DNA of 59,173 nucleotides, filler included, from Bipalium vagum (lineage: Eukaryota), in assembly GCA_037834085.1 (NCBI GenBank). It is 3 parts of 3 records of this genome, joined end to end, with 100 filler letters (N's around TTAATTAATTAA, not from the genome) between each part and the next. Parts side by side here need not be neighbours in the genome. Positions count along the whole stretch, not along the records: positions 19,572 to 42,753 come from JBBMKC010212260.1; 2 more parts are not named here. One strand, written 5' to 3'. Of this stretch, positions 27,850 to 40,972 are shown piece after piece (the stretch's first letter is position 1; each line of letters opens with the position of its first letter). Made by a program: the position numbers and the translations under genes. A model generated the notes under the pieces. It made no database searches and was not told the DNA's origin. It saw only the letters and a program-made list of their open reading frames with translations.

Positions 27850-28200
27850 ACTAAAGAATTTATTAAGGTGCTTTTAAAATCATAAAAATCATTGATTTTT
27901 TCCGGAATACTTTCAATAATATACTGTTTCAAGTCAAGCATAATATTCTGGAAATCACAGCACTCAGATTCTTGTCCTCAAACATTTCACCAATTACTTC
28001 AACATCCATGTATTCTGCACCTTCATATTACATTAATAAATCGATGGTTTCTTCAATATTCGTTTCCTGGGGAGTTTCTGAAAATCTATGTACATTCATA
28101 ACTTTTTTAAAACAGCTTATAATTGTATCTGTAGAAATTCGTTCCCCATGCCTCAGAAACATATTTCATTACATCTAATAGGTCAATCTTTTTTAAGAAT
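27850..28200 (-). mobile_element. pogo/Tigger C-terminal relic
   Basis: KYVSEAWG..ISTDTIISCFKK followed by an acidic tract. Confidence 0.5.
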
Positions 28201-29872
28201 AAATCCAGTCAATCATTTTGATTAATAATTACAATTAAAACATGATAAGCAATTTTAAAGTGAATAATATTTAAATAAATACACTATTTAATAGATATAA
28301 TATTTATTAGTTAATAATATTGTAAAAAAGTACTAATGAAAATTTTATAGTTATTAGTTTTTAAAAAATTCTAATATTAATAAACCCCTCACTATAAATA
28401 TAAATCAGATTTTTAAATTATAATTTCCCATAGTCTGATTAACCTCCTCATAATTATAATGAACTTTTTTAAGAACAGAGGCTGAAGTTGAAAATCAATA
28501 AATAAAAATCTGAATTAAAGAAATGTTTTTTAAGTAAGCTCGGAAGGAGAAAATAATATTTTATAAACATACGGTGTGAAATTCATAAATTCGGTATGTA
28601 TTAAAAATGATTAAAATAGATAAATAAAGTATATTAGTTAATGCACCATTTCCTTTTCTATAAATATCACAGTTTTTAATATTCTCGAAACGAAACGAAT
28701 CCTTGAACGATTCTCGGAACACTTTTCATAATTTTATTTTTCATTTCTTAGGTCAGCTGAGAAAGTTTTCCTCTAAAATGGGCAGTCAATCAATTACAAT
28801 AATTATATTATACGCTGTTGCAGGAAGAGTAAAAAGTTTTAATTTAATAATTTCGTAAAAATGAGAAATAAGAAATTTAAATAACTTTTCCCCTATAACT
28901 GAATCTTTAACGAGTTACTAAAAATATAAAATAATGTTTTGATGTATTCAATTATTTTAACTTTTAAGATAAATACTTTTTCTTACTTTAATATTATTCT
29001 GAAATTGATTTTATCAATTCCCAAATAAAGTTGCGATATAGAAATTGTATTGATACTTTTTTTTAGAAACACTGGTTTTGGGTTTTTATTATGTACCATA
29101 TAAAAACTTGTAGACAACCTGGGTATCTAAATATACTTTTTCAGAATATCTCACCATATTTTTTATGAAATTATCAAGATTTAATATTTATTTTTATTTA
29201 ATAAGAGAAATGAAAATATGGATAACATTTGACTCAAAACAATAATCGAAATTCAACTATACATTTGTGGGAAATTTTTTTACACTTTTGGGATAAAATA
29301 GATAAAATGGTGTAGTTGAAAGATATCACGTTAACCGAAATATAAACTAAAATCAATCAATCTTCCGATCAAATGAGTCGAGAAATAAGTTTTATTAAAC
29401 CTTTAAACTTTATCAATATGAAAAACGCAGTAACAAAAAAATGTGTATAGGAAAAATAGAAAAGAAATTCTCGTCTTCAAGATGCCTAGAAATCTTTGGC
29501 AAAAAAATCCGGAATTTTTTTATTTATTTATAGAAATTATTTACCAAATCACATGACCAATTGTTCAACATCTTTCTATTTAATATATAAATATAAAAAA
29601 TTATCGAAAGTTTCAGGAAGAATTGATTTTTAATTTCTTCAAAAGTGGTTCTTATTTTATCTGGTATCATTTCTATTATAATTAATATTCTTTAAATAAG
29701 CTTCATTGGTAATACATTGACATCGCCATAAAAAAATAAAATATATAATATTTCTAGATTAACTTCTCATCAATAGTTCGTTTACAAGCTTCTAATGAAA
29801 CTTACAGAATGTGTGTTAAAATTTTATCTGAATATTTCATATTTAAATGTAATTTATATAGCATTAATCTAG

Positions 29873-30634
29873 GTAATCGCAAAAATCGGCTTCGTTCTCT
29901 TTATGGATACTTCGAATATTACGGAAAACAATGAGAAAATCAAAATCATTAAATCTGAAATAAAACACAATAGAAAATTCTGTAAAAAGGTTGGTTTTAA
30001 ATTTGGTTCCGAACAGAATTTGAGCAATTCATTACAAACTCCAAACAACCACTCGTACAACAAAGTATACAACTCCATTACATTTGCTTCAAACTCCGGC
30101 GAAATCAACACTCAATTCATCAGTTCTCCAAAACAAGAAAATATCTTTAAAAACCCCATCCATTTTTCAGACAAAATTTCAAGTCCTTACGGATTTGAAG
30201 AAAAAAACAGACCGGGCAGTGTCAAATACAGCTTGGAAAACAACAAGATAATAATCACCCAAGACGATGACGATCTGAACTTTGGAAACTACAACGAAAG
30301 TAATAGTTCTCCAACAACTTTATCACCGCATTTGGAAAGAACGATTTTGAAATTTTCTCAAACCATAGAAAACGATGTATCAGAAATACGGAAGAGCATC
30401 AAAACTCTAATGAACCGAATGGCCAACATTGATAATGCAAACAAACGTGCAGGCGAGTGGCGAACCGTCGCTTTGGTTTTGGACAGAATATTTTTCTGGA
30501 TATTTCTGAGTACCATTATCGTTTCAGGTTTAGTGCTATTATTACCAAAAAGTCCCAGCAATACAATCGAAGATATCATAAAGCAAAACACTCCAGTAAG
30601 TATTTTCAAAAACAAAACCAAAAAATCAATGTAA
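29873..30634 (+). CDS. Terminal exon of a Cys-loop (nicotinic acetylcholine receptor-like) subunit: M3-M4 loop, MA helix, M4
   Basis: Acceptor ttaatctag at 29864-29872. The open frame ends in AGEWRTVALVLDRIFFWIFLSTIIVSGLVLLLP, the classic nAChR M4. Upstream exons were not found in this scaffold. Confidence 0.88.
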   Translation, partial: VIAKIGFVLFMDTSNITENNEKIKIIKSEIKHNRKFCKKVGFKFGSEQNLSNSLQTPNNHSYNKVYNSITFASNSGEINTQFISSPKQENIFKNPIHFSDKISSPYGFEEKNRPGSVKYSLENNKIIITQDDDDLNFGNYNESNSSPTTLSPHLERTILKFSQTIENDVSEIRKSIKTLMNRMANIDNANKRAGEWRTVALVLDRIFFWIFLSTIIVSGLVLLLPKSPSNTIEDIIKQNTPVSIFKNKTKKSM

Positions 30635-31035
30635 ATGTTCAAAGAAACGGCTCAGGTAGGATTATGCAAAGAACAAGTGCCAAAAAATCTTAGAGTAATT
30701 GATGCTTCAACCACTAGTGCATTTAATATTAGTGTCTAGATGTACGTAATTGATGGAAAACTTTTTCTACATATTCCGAATTTTTATTGACAGTGACCAA
30801 TTGAAAATTTATATGCGTCTTCTTCAAAAAAAGTACGAACTAAATTGCATCTTTGCTCATTACTCGGTTGTGAAATTATCTGATTTCTTTGGTTGTGATT
30901 GTAGATTTAGACTATTACAACGGTTGCATCACTTTAATAGATTAAACGTTTTCTTTTTATAATCATTTTATCAAAAAAGACAGAAAAAATCAACATATTT
31001 TTATTTTTATCACATATATCGTTTTTTTACAAAAA

Positions 31036-34000
31036 TCACAAACAAATCGAATTCACATATTTATTGAAATCTTCGCTGGCTTCAGCATAGACATGGTGAC
31101 CGGCATCATCGATTACCTGAAAAATTGTAAATAATAGTTAAGTGAACTTAGAGGCAAACGAGTGATAAAACCACTTTGACATTGACCGTTGAATTCAGCC
31201 GTAAATGTTGCACCTCATAACCCGTTTGCCAGTCCATCCAGGATTTGCCACCGTAAATAAATGTCACCACAACATTCGAGTTCAAATCATTTATCCTCTT
31301 AATCATAGGTCGAGCGGCCCAGCCAATAGGCGATGACAGACATTTGTATGCAGCTTCACCGCTAGGATGAAAGGATATGGCTTTTGATTTAGAAAATCGA
31401 TTTTTAAACAAAAAAATTTTTTTAGTAGAGGAAGAATGGAAAATTTTTTCCAAAAATACGTGAAATATGAAAATTATGTTTATTTTATGATAGAATCGAT
31501 GTGGAAAAAGAAAAAACATTCTTAAAATCAGTTGACTTCTTTTCTTTTATTAAGGAATTCAAATCTCAATCAAATGAATTGTGAGTAGATCAATCTACAC
31601 ATAAATTTATAGCAAAAGCTGACAATTATTTCACATTGGAAAAAACTCAATATCGATTTTTAAGAATAAATTATTTTAAAGAAAATATATTGTTTGTAAA
31701 TAATGATTGAAATTATCGAGAAATTGTAAATGAGGGAAATTTCGTCAAGATGAATTAAGCAATTAAAAATGTCAATTCAACGATTTAACACGACTTTTAA
31801 AATCGTTAATTACTTCTTAATATCTTTCACAATCCATTCATTATCATCAATTTTCATTTTTTGAACACTTAAAAAGCTTGACTGGAGAACAGTGGATATC
31901 TATTGAAACAACATAACAATTAAAAACATGTCGACCAAGTTGTTTTTTAAATAAATAGGCATTCGATGATGACCAATCGATTTTTTAAATTTAACTTTTT
32001 AGGTTAATGTTAACATGGTAAAACATCAATGTTACAAAATTAAAATTTTGTAATAATCGAAAATAAGTTAATCAATTAACTAAATTATTTCATTAGATCG
32101 ATTAATAAATTAATTTAATATATTTAATAAATAATTTTATAATAAATAATTTATTAATAATAATTAATATATACATTTATCAATAAATAATTTATTATTA
32201 ATAATAAATTTAATAATTTAATAATAAATAATTTAATAAATTAATTTTTATTCTTGACTGATTAAATTTTGACAAATAAGACCTAACTATAATACTTTAT
32301 AATATTACTGTTAATTATTGATTATATTTAATTAATTTAATAATAATACGATCAAAAATTACTGTGGAATAAGTCAAAATAAAAGCAACATTTTAATAGA
32401 AAAAGGTACATTAGAATTTTTTCCAAAATTTTTTGAGAGGTATAATATTATCAAACAATTCTAACAAATGATAAAAACCAATAATACAAACAAAAACTAA
32501 GCAGAACCGGAAACATTTGTCAGATCAGGTTTCACGTGTTAATGTGATGACTTCGATAATTGGAATTTTTAAATGTTTAAACAGGGAGAAAATGAAACGG
32601 TTTTGCTTTATTGTTGGAAAATATAAAGATCAATAACTCTTTTTATCATGACTATTCAAGCTACTGGTGTATGTTATTCAGAATTGGAAAATTTCCCATA
32701 TATAAAATTTGATTACTTTATCATTGGACCGTTGTTTATATTTATAAATCGAAAATCAATAAGAATATTAGTTTTTTTAAAGATTAATCAATCACAAAAA
32801 ATGAATTTTTGAGAATGTTTACTTTTAAATAAACAAAATTTTACTTTCCCTAAACACAAACAGTTTTCTTAACTGTATATTGGACAATTAATAAATCGTT
32901 AAAAATTAAAAGATAAATGTTAAATATCCGAAAAAGAAAAATAAAATTTCGATAAAGCCTTGAGAAAAATAATAAATTGAGCAATGCTAATCAATAACTG
33001 AGACGAAAAAAGAAGAAAATGAAAAGTTTACATTCACGACTACAATTAATTTCGAGTAAAAATATATTGAATCAACGAAACTGCGAAATTGACTAGTCCA
33101 AAATGTAAGCTGATAAATAAATAAATATTTTAAGATGTGTAAATGACTTTACCCTGGAAGTTCATTAGTGCCAAATTTTCATAAATTTTTCCTTAACAAT
33201 TTAAAAAAATATTTCTCCGATAATCAAATAGGGGTTTCGTTAAAAGTAATAATTTTAAAATAATTATTCTTAATTAATAATAATTAATTATAATAAATTA
33301 ATAATTTAATCAATATTTTAATCTTGAAATTGATAACAAATAAACTTTATTCTCAGTAATTCCATAATCGATAAAAATTCATAATTTTAAAAAAGATTTG
33401 AAATATCATCAAATGTAAACCATGAATAGCACAAATAAATTTTTGCTTTTCATATATTTGTGAGGTTTCGTTGAAAATTAAATGACTTTTTTTTAAAAAA
33501 ACACTTCCACAATCGAAATTTCAAGAAATTCTTTAATCTCCAGAGTTAAACAAGACCATTTCTCATTTCATTTGTCGAATATATTACCTGGGATGTTTTG
33601 TGTTGCAATGATAAACGTAATCGTATATGGCGTCAAAATCCGACTTTGATTGGCTTAACAAGAAACTCCGCTGATGTTCACTTTTGCTTTCTGAACTTGT
33701 CTGATGAACTTTGTCTGCCTCATTTTCAGAGGAATCTTCGCTTTTCTTCGGAGATTTATTTTCATTTGACAATTCTTTTCCATCCATAGTAATTTTCTGA
33801 TAAATATGGGTATCATTATTCAAATCTCAAAATAATTGTTTCAACATATAAAAATAACACTAAAACCCTCTTCCGATTCTCTTTGAGTTTCGGCAACTGT
33901 TAATCTTTTTGTATTTCAAAAGTGTTATTATATTATATTTTAACATATGTTTATGGCCACTGGTTGATTAATGATTATTTGTTTAGTTTATGATGCGTGA

Positions 34001-37000
34001 TAAAAAATGGGATGAAAAATGAAATTTATTCAATCACAAAATTTTACTTATATCCAATAAAATGTATATGAATATAAAGAAACACAGGTAAAATTATATT
34101 AATAATTAACAGGATGTTTCATAAATATATATACGCGTTTAAAGAAATAAAAACTAATCAATTTGTCAATGAACATGAATCATTTTTATATATTGTAGTT
34201 AAATCATTGGAAAAATAGTAAATATTATATAAATTTCTGGAAAACGTTATGGAGCAAAAATATTGTAACGTTAGTACCTCGAATTCCCAGTTCACGAAAA
34301 ATTACACCTTCAGTCCACTGAATTATGCTACATTTTATTAGGAACTCGTAATAATAATTAGACAAAATATTTTCTTTAAGGACAATTCGTGTGACCTAAA
34401 TTATTAGCCACCTCATTTTTCTTATCCGAAGAGATATAGACTTTTTGCCTCTGGTACTGTCTATTTACATCTAAGATTTGTTAGCCAATGTTGATGAAAG
34501 TGACCTGAGTGGATGTTCAGCATTGACATCCACAAATCACAACCTTAAATATCATCTACTATATCTTTTTGATCCTAGGCTCAGTTATTATATATAATAT
34601 ACGGCCTAGTTCGAGTGGACAACAGTTTTCGGTAACCTCCTTAATCAACAACCGCCATGTATATTTTTTTAAAACCATTTACTTACTAAGTATTACCAGT
34701 TAAATTTTAGTCAACTTTAAAAAGTATAAATTATTTACAACTCATTGCCAGACAATACTGAAATCAATTTTTTCAACATAAAATTTTTTTAAAATCATTT
34801 AACATTTTTAAGTTACTTTAACGATTTCTTGATGAGAACAGATATTGGAAAAAATAATCAATATATTTGTTTGTTGAGAATTAATCAGAGATAGCGGGAT
34901 TCGAACCCGGGACCTTTTACAGCGCATGGACTGTTCTGACCACTGAGCTACATCCCTAGACTAATTTTCATTTTATATCAATATTAAATAGTATATATGT
35001 TCGTTAATTTACTTCAATGAGATTGCTTTGTTTTTTATTTAAGATAGCCCTTTTATTGTTAATATTTTGCAGCTTATTTTTTAAAAAAATATTATAATTT
35101 TTGTAATAATATTGTAATTTGATAGTCTCACGAGATTCATTAAAAAACATGCTTCCAATAAAAAATATGTTACGATAGTACTGATTTACTGGGTTCAAAT
35201 CGCCTAATTTGTTCTAATATCAATTTTGTTAGATCAAATAGAAACAGTGATTAAAGCATATACAAGATAAATGTGATTTGATTTTATTTTTGATTTCCGA
35301 CTTTGATATATCCAATAAATACCAGAAATAATCTCACCAAAGACACTTGAATTGGCTTGAATGTTGCTCCAAGGTCTTGTCGCACACATCTCAAAATATG
35401 AGGACCAAAGGGACCGAAAAGTCTGATAGGAAACAATGGATTAAGGAATTTAAATAAGAAATTTAATAGACTGAGGGTCCAATTTACGTAAAATATCGAT
35501 CGGTTTCGACTTTTATATTCTCTGAAGCCCCATGGGTCGACCAGAATTATATGAGTCAATCTAAAGCAAACAATCTTATTAAAATTTCAAAAACCTTTAA
35601 AATTTTATCGTATAACAGCCTTAGAATAATAGGAAAAGAAATTCGATAGACTTTAGATGTGACTGACACCTTTTTATAATAATATTGTTTAAGATATAAT
35701 GGGAATCACAAATTTCACAGTCACAAAAATTCACAGTCACAAATTTCACTATTCACAAAAATCACAGATTTCTTCCTGTTGTGAAACTAGATGAAACATT
35801 TAGTAACTGACTTGCTTTTTCAATCTTATTTAGAAATAATTATTTTTTAAAAATAAAAACCTTTTTTGAATTATTCATAAAATTTTATGATTAATAGAAT
35901 TTAAGCAATTTTTGTCAAATGATTATTAATTTTTCATTTCTAATGGCAATTTAACATTTTCTATTTTGAACTTTAAGCCTTACACAATCAATTGATAGAT
36001 TAAATAATTGTGGTGAAGTGAAAAGATTGTTTTCTGAAGTTCCATTTTTAAAAATCTTAATCTGTTTTCCATCAATCTCAGTAACCTTTGTGATATTTTA
36101 ATAGTATCTTAAGTAACTAATATCAATATATAAAATGATATCACTTGAGTGTTCCATTCATCTTTGTAACTATTATCTTGACTTTTATTCAAATGAACAA
36201 GATTCAATTTGGAAAACACTCCCTGGAATAACTTTGATTATATTTATGAGGAAGCCTTTAAATCGAAAAAATGTAACTAAACATTTGAAATATATTGAGA
36301 TTTTGATATCAACAAAAGAAAATCGATCTTTTTATTTTCTTGTAGCAAAGGCAACAATACTAAACAAGCAACAAGGAAATTGGTAAAGTTTATGGATGAA
36401 GTGAGAGTAACCGAATGGATTACCCGTGTTAATAATGTTTGATCAATATCATGAGACATGTCAGGATAAGCTTGTCAAGAGGTAGCGAAACAGGAATTCA
36501 TGTGAAACAAAATTATGTTAAATGTCTGATGGGATTGAGAAAAATTCATTTTTAAACTCCTGTAAACAATTGGTTTTGATCTGTATTGTGATCATTTAAC
36601 AAGATTAAACCAATGGATTACGAAAACCATTCATAAATGGCAGGCCATTGTGTTCCAGCACAACAATGCCAGACAGTAAGTACATATTTCAAGTACTGAT
36701 TAAGATTGAATAAGTTTGACTGGAAATTAATAACAAATCCACGTGCAGCTCGACTGGTGCTATCACTTATTTATCTAGATTTTGGTAAAGTTTAGTTCAA
36801 TACATTAATTTGAAAAAAATTAGTAGTACAGTTTTTCGATAAAATCCAAGAAATTTTTCAGAGTTTGAATGACTGTAACTAAAAAATGACAAAAGATCAC
36901 CGATATAAAAGGTCCACACGCCATTTAAATGAATATTTTTATTCTAATTTTTTCTATTCAATTTCAATGTTTTTATAAAATACGAAAAATCTTCCCAGCA

Positions 37001-37768
37001 CAACATATTTCACAAAATCACAGAAAATATAAAAGATAGTTTTGCAGACTTTTCACAGCTGTAAAAAATAATCAATAAAATGTAAGTGATATTATTGAAA
37101 ATATTACAGCACTTATAAATTTTCCTTACATTAACGATTATAAATTCGGTATAAATTTATGAAATAAAGTCCAAATTATCACATTGAATGAACCAAAAGG
37201 TAACTCACACATGTCCATATTTGATGCCGTAAGAATAAGCAATATAGCCTCCAAGACTATGACCGACAATAATAAATTGTTTTAGTTCCAAATAATTTCT
37301 CCAGTCCTCGATTGATCGAACAAACATATTTTCCACACGAACGTGACTATTGCCGAAAGAAAGAGGTCGAGAACTGTTTCCGAAACCAATCAAGTCAAAA
37401 GCATAAACCTGTCGATATTCAGCAAAGGCATCAATATTCTTGCACCAAAATGCCAATCCTGCACCCATACAGTGAATAAGAACAATCGGAGTATTATTAA
37501 AATATTTTTCTCGTTCAAAAGAATCAGAAAAATTGGCTCGATATACATACAAAGTCCGTACAACATATTTGTTTTTTAACACTGGAACTAGAATTATTTC
37601 CTTAATATTGTTCACTCCTTTAATGTTTTAAATATGTTATCACTTTAGATTTTACTTTCTGCAATTCTTACTATTCAATAAACGCGTTTCAGAGTGAATG
37701 GCTAAATAAGATGATGACGGACACCACTTTAGCCAATAAGGCCAAAACGTATTTTCTTCCTCATACAT
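31036..37768 (-). CDS. ABHD4: ABHD4/ABHD5 (CGI-58) family alpha/beta hydrolase, 6 exons, 401 aa
   Basis: Exons 37768-37672, 37617-37209, 35560-35338, 33796-33588, 31361-31175 and 31116-31036 are phase-consistent. Motifs: WLKWCPSS, DLIGFGNSSRP, GHSLGGY, LVDPWGF, YVYHCN..PSGEAA, GWAARPM, YGGKSWMD, AGHHVYAE. The symbol is family-level (ABHD4/5 co-orthologue). Confidence 0.9.
34887..34957 (-). pseudogene. tRNA-derived element (tRNA-Ala-like pseudogene or SINE head) in ABHD intron 3
   Basis: A box TAGCTCAGTGG, B box GGTTCGAATCCC and a 7-bp acceptor stem AGGGATG/TATCTCT. The anticodon arm does not pair. Confidence 0.7.
35705..35768 (+). repeat. Four ~15-bp tandem repeats (tcacaaa.ttcacag)
   Basis: Seen directly in the sequence; probably a transposon subterminal repeat. 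Confidence 0.65.
36150..36900 (+). mobile_element. Heavily decayed mariner in ABHD intron 2
   Basis: GNW(VP)- and EWI-like remnants. Confidence 0.4.
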
Positions 37769-38849
37769 ACTAAAATTTTAATAAAACAATAGTTATAGAA
37801 TTGTTAAAATATTCACTTTTTTACAAATTGAGTACATCAAAAATTCATAAAATATCAGAACATCATTACAATAAAACAATCTTGGTGAATTTTATATTAT
37901 TCTATCTAGTAAGATTAAATAAACTTATTAAATGTCACTATTTATAAATATTACTATAATTTAAAAATAATATAATTTTTATTTTTAAAATCTATAATTC
38001 TATTTTTTAAATTTAAAGATCTAATTCACAAATTGAAATAAATAATAAAAAAGTCTTTTCCAAGTGAAGTTTTAAAATTTCTGATACTTACATATATTCA
38101 ATTCTAAAAAAAAAGTTTTTACCAGTGTTTTTAAGGATCTCTGATAATATAAGAACATCGAAGTTAATTTATTTAATTAAATCGTAATAGAGTTCAGTAA
38201 TATTGAAGTTATAATTTTAGATTAATAAAATTACCTCACTTTCGTTGATTCTAATTATACGTCCTAGAGGACGACACAAAAGAGTAAATGTAATTTTTAA
38301 TTATAATTTTCGTTAAAAGTAAGTAAGTTGTATCTTTTAAATATTGAATTAATTCTAGAAAAAATTGACAATGTACCTTGGCAATCGGTTTCATTTCACT
38401 GTCAAATTAAAATATGTAATGGCAGATCGATAGATGGTATTGTTCGCAAGAAATTTTGTAAGCAGAACTTCAAAGAAAACTTTTTATAATGCAATTTCCA
38501 AAAACCATCTATAATGTATGGAGTCTGCAGAAATAAACAGAAAATGTCGATTTGTTGAAGTTTTTGACAAAAACTCAAATGGTTAGCTTCTGGATACGCA
38601 AAATTAATATCGAAATTCTTAACGACTGTATGTGCCAGAAAACAGTCAAAATTTTAAAAATTGTTCTTAAAATTGTTGTCTAATCACTTTGTATTTTGTA
38701 AATTAGTAATTTAAAAGAACTCTATTAGATTTAAATGACGACGAATAGATATTTATTTTAAATTGTCAAGTAAATCAGGATTAACAACAAATGCGTGGTG
38801 TGGATAAAAATTCCTAAGACAGGTACATAAATTAAAACTTTACTGAAAC

Positions 38850-39920
38850 GAAACTTTGTATTTAGGAAAAGTAAAGTAAAGTACATAGGTAACTAAACTT
38901 AATCACTTTTCTATATAACCATATTCTACTTCCAGACCTTTTGTTCATCGATTTATCACAGAAAACAAGCCATTTTTGAAGAAAGTAGTAGTCTTTTCAT
39001 TGAAAACGTCTTGAGCTATTCGTACGAGATTATCTTGAAACTCAAGTCTTTGACCCTGCAGATGCTTCTTTAAGTGATGAAACAAGAAAAAATCACTGAG
39101 AGCCAAATCATGGCTATAATGATGATGTGAAACCAGCATAAAGTCTTTTTCCTGTATGAAATTCGCAGTTCGGTTAGCTGTATGAACTGGAGCATTTTAC
39201 ATGAAGAGAAACAGGTCTTGATTCTTTGGGTTCCGTCGCAGCTTTCTCAGATCACCAAGCAGTGCACAGTAGTAGTGAGAGTTGATGTTTCCTTGGACAA
39301 AGTCAATTTTTGTTACACCTTTTGCATTCTAGAATGCACTGAGAGTCAAACATTTCCGGTGAGATGTCCCTGAACCAAGTATGTTTGGTGTCTCTTCTTC
39401 AAGAAATACCCATTCACGAAACTCACGCATACTGTATGGAATTTAAAGACTCAGTGGAGTAGAGTCGTCTGTTACAATATTCTCAACAAGAGAATGAAAT
39501 ATAACCAGATTTTCTTGATATTCTTTCAATTGCTTTTGTTGCATCTCCGCTGTCAAAAATAGTGGGACAAACCTGCTACATAATTTTCTGACTCCAATAC
39601 TCTCTAGCATCTTCTGCACAATCTTTTTGCTTAAATTAAGTTTAGTTGAAAGCTCTCTCTGGATAATTAGCCTCTCTTCTTTGACGATTATCTTCAATTT
39701 TTCTAATTTTTGTTCCCAATTTCTGTTGGTTGTTCACTTTTTTCTTCGTCAAACAAATTGTTCCTGCCACTCTGATCCAATTTTATACAGTTGCCTTACA
39801 TGGTACTTCATTTTCCAGTTTACAAATTATTTCCTTTTTGCTGTCTTCTTGACTATGAAAAAGCGTATGACGCTTTGAAATTTCATTTGATGATACATTT
39901 TTTCAAAATAGTCATACATA
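38850..39920 (-). mobile_element. Decayed mariner
   Basis: RKLCSRFVPLFLT, NIVTDD, YSHDLALSDFFLFHHLKKHLQGQR. Confidence 0.85.
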
Positions 39921-39929
39921 GTGTTAACA

Positions 39930-40800
39930 AAAGACTACCATTTAAAATAAATATAATAATTACGTATCCACATTTGGAAATTAAAATAAAATCTTGGATT
40001 GAAAAAATGGAGACTGAAGAAGTTATTTTAAATGATGCATTGTTGCATCAAAAATTTTCAAAATTTTCAGAACTTGGAATTACGAGCTTGAAAAACTTAT
40101 TCTGTTGGTTAGCTAAATTTAAAAGGCGAAATGTATACCAACTAAGAAAACTCCGTGGCGGAAAAAAAACTAATGAAGATATTGATATTTGTGATTTTTG
40201 GATGTTTTAAATAAAAAGTTAGATGAATACAACAAGGATAATATCTATAATCTTGATGAGACCGATATATTCTATAAATTAATTCCTTCAAAAAGTATTT
40301 GTAGAACTTCAAGGCTAGAATATAAAAATTTTAAAGACAGGGTATCTATTATGCTTTGCACAAATAATTTTGTTTCTGAAAATTTGAAATCTGTTGTAAT
40401 AGGAAAGTCCATTAAGCCGAGATGTTTCAAAATTTTTAATCAATCTTCGAAGGTACAATATAAAGCATCAAAAAGAGCATGGATGACACCTGAGATCTTT
40501 AATAAATGGGTATCTGATTTTGATGAGAAATTAAAGATAAAAGGAAGAAAGGTATTATTGATTATTATTAATTGCCCCACTTATACCGTAAAATATGAGC
40601 TAACATCTATTGAAATCATATATCTACCTGAAAACACTTCTTCGGCCTATGGATTTAGGTATCATTGGAAATTTTAAACTCCATTTTAATCAGTATAAAT
40701 TGTCGTCTTTACTCACCAAAAATGAAAACAGCGCAAATGTTTGGACGGTTTATAAAGACCTTACTTTAAAGGACACATAAATTTTTACTGATTTGAATTT
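39930..40800 (+). mobile_element. pogo/Tigger transposase relic (CENP-B HTH + DDE_1), frameshifted
   Basis: YPHLE..WLAKFKRRN, IYNLDETDIFYK, KDRVSIMLCTN, VIGKSIKPRCFK, RAWMT, YLPENTSS. Confidence 0.88.
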
Positions 40801-40817
40801 CAAAAAAGAATTACTTA

Positions 40818-40972
40818 CCGTAGATACTCTAATATAAGTCGACCTCGTCTATAAGTCGAGCGGGGAAAATGGGAAATTCTGTGAAAAACCGTATGACTCT
40901 TATATAAGTCGACCCCTTTTTTTCATCAAATTTAATAGAAAAAAACCTCGACTTATATTTGAGTATCTACGG
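40818..40972. mobile_element. 155-bp MITE with 25-bp TIRs and TA target duplication
   Basis: CCGTAGATACTCTAATATAAGTCGA ... TCGACTTATATTTGAGTATCTACGG (1 mismatch), flanked by TA. Internal TATAAGTCGA repeats. Confidence 0.85.

Noticed and set aside
34887-34957. Functional tRNA gene
   Set aside because: The anticodon stem is unpaired, and there are mismatches in the D and T stems.
39791-40677. Domesticated CENP-B/TIGD host gene
   Set aside because: It is frameshifted, catalytic-motif residues have decayed (DETD, INCPTY), and it is truncated by neighbouring elements.
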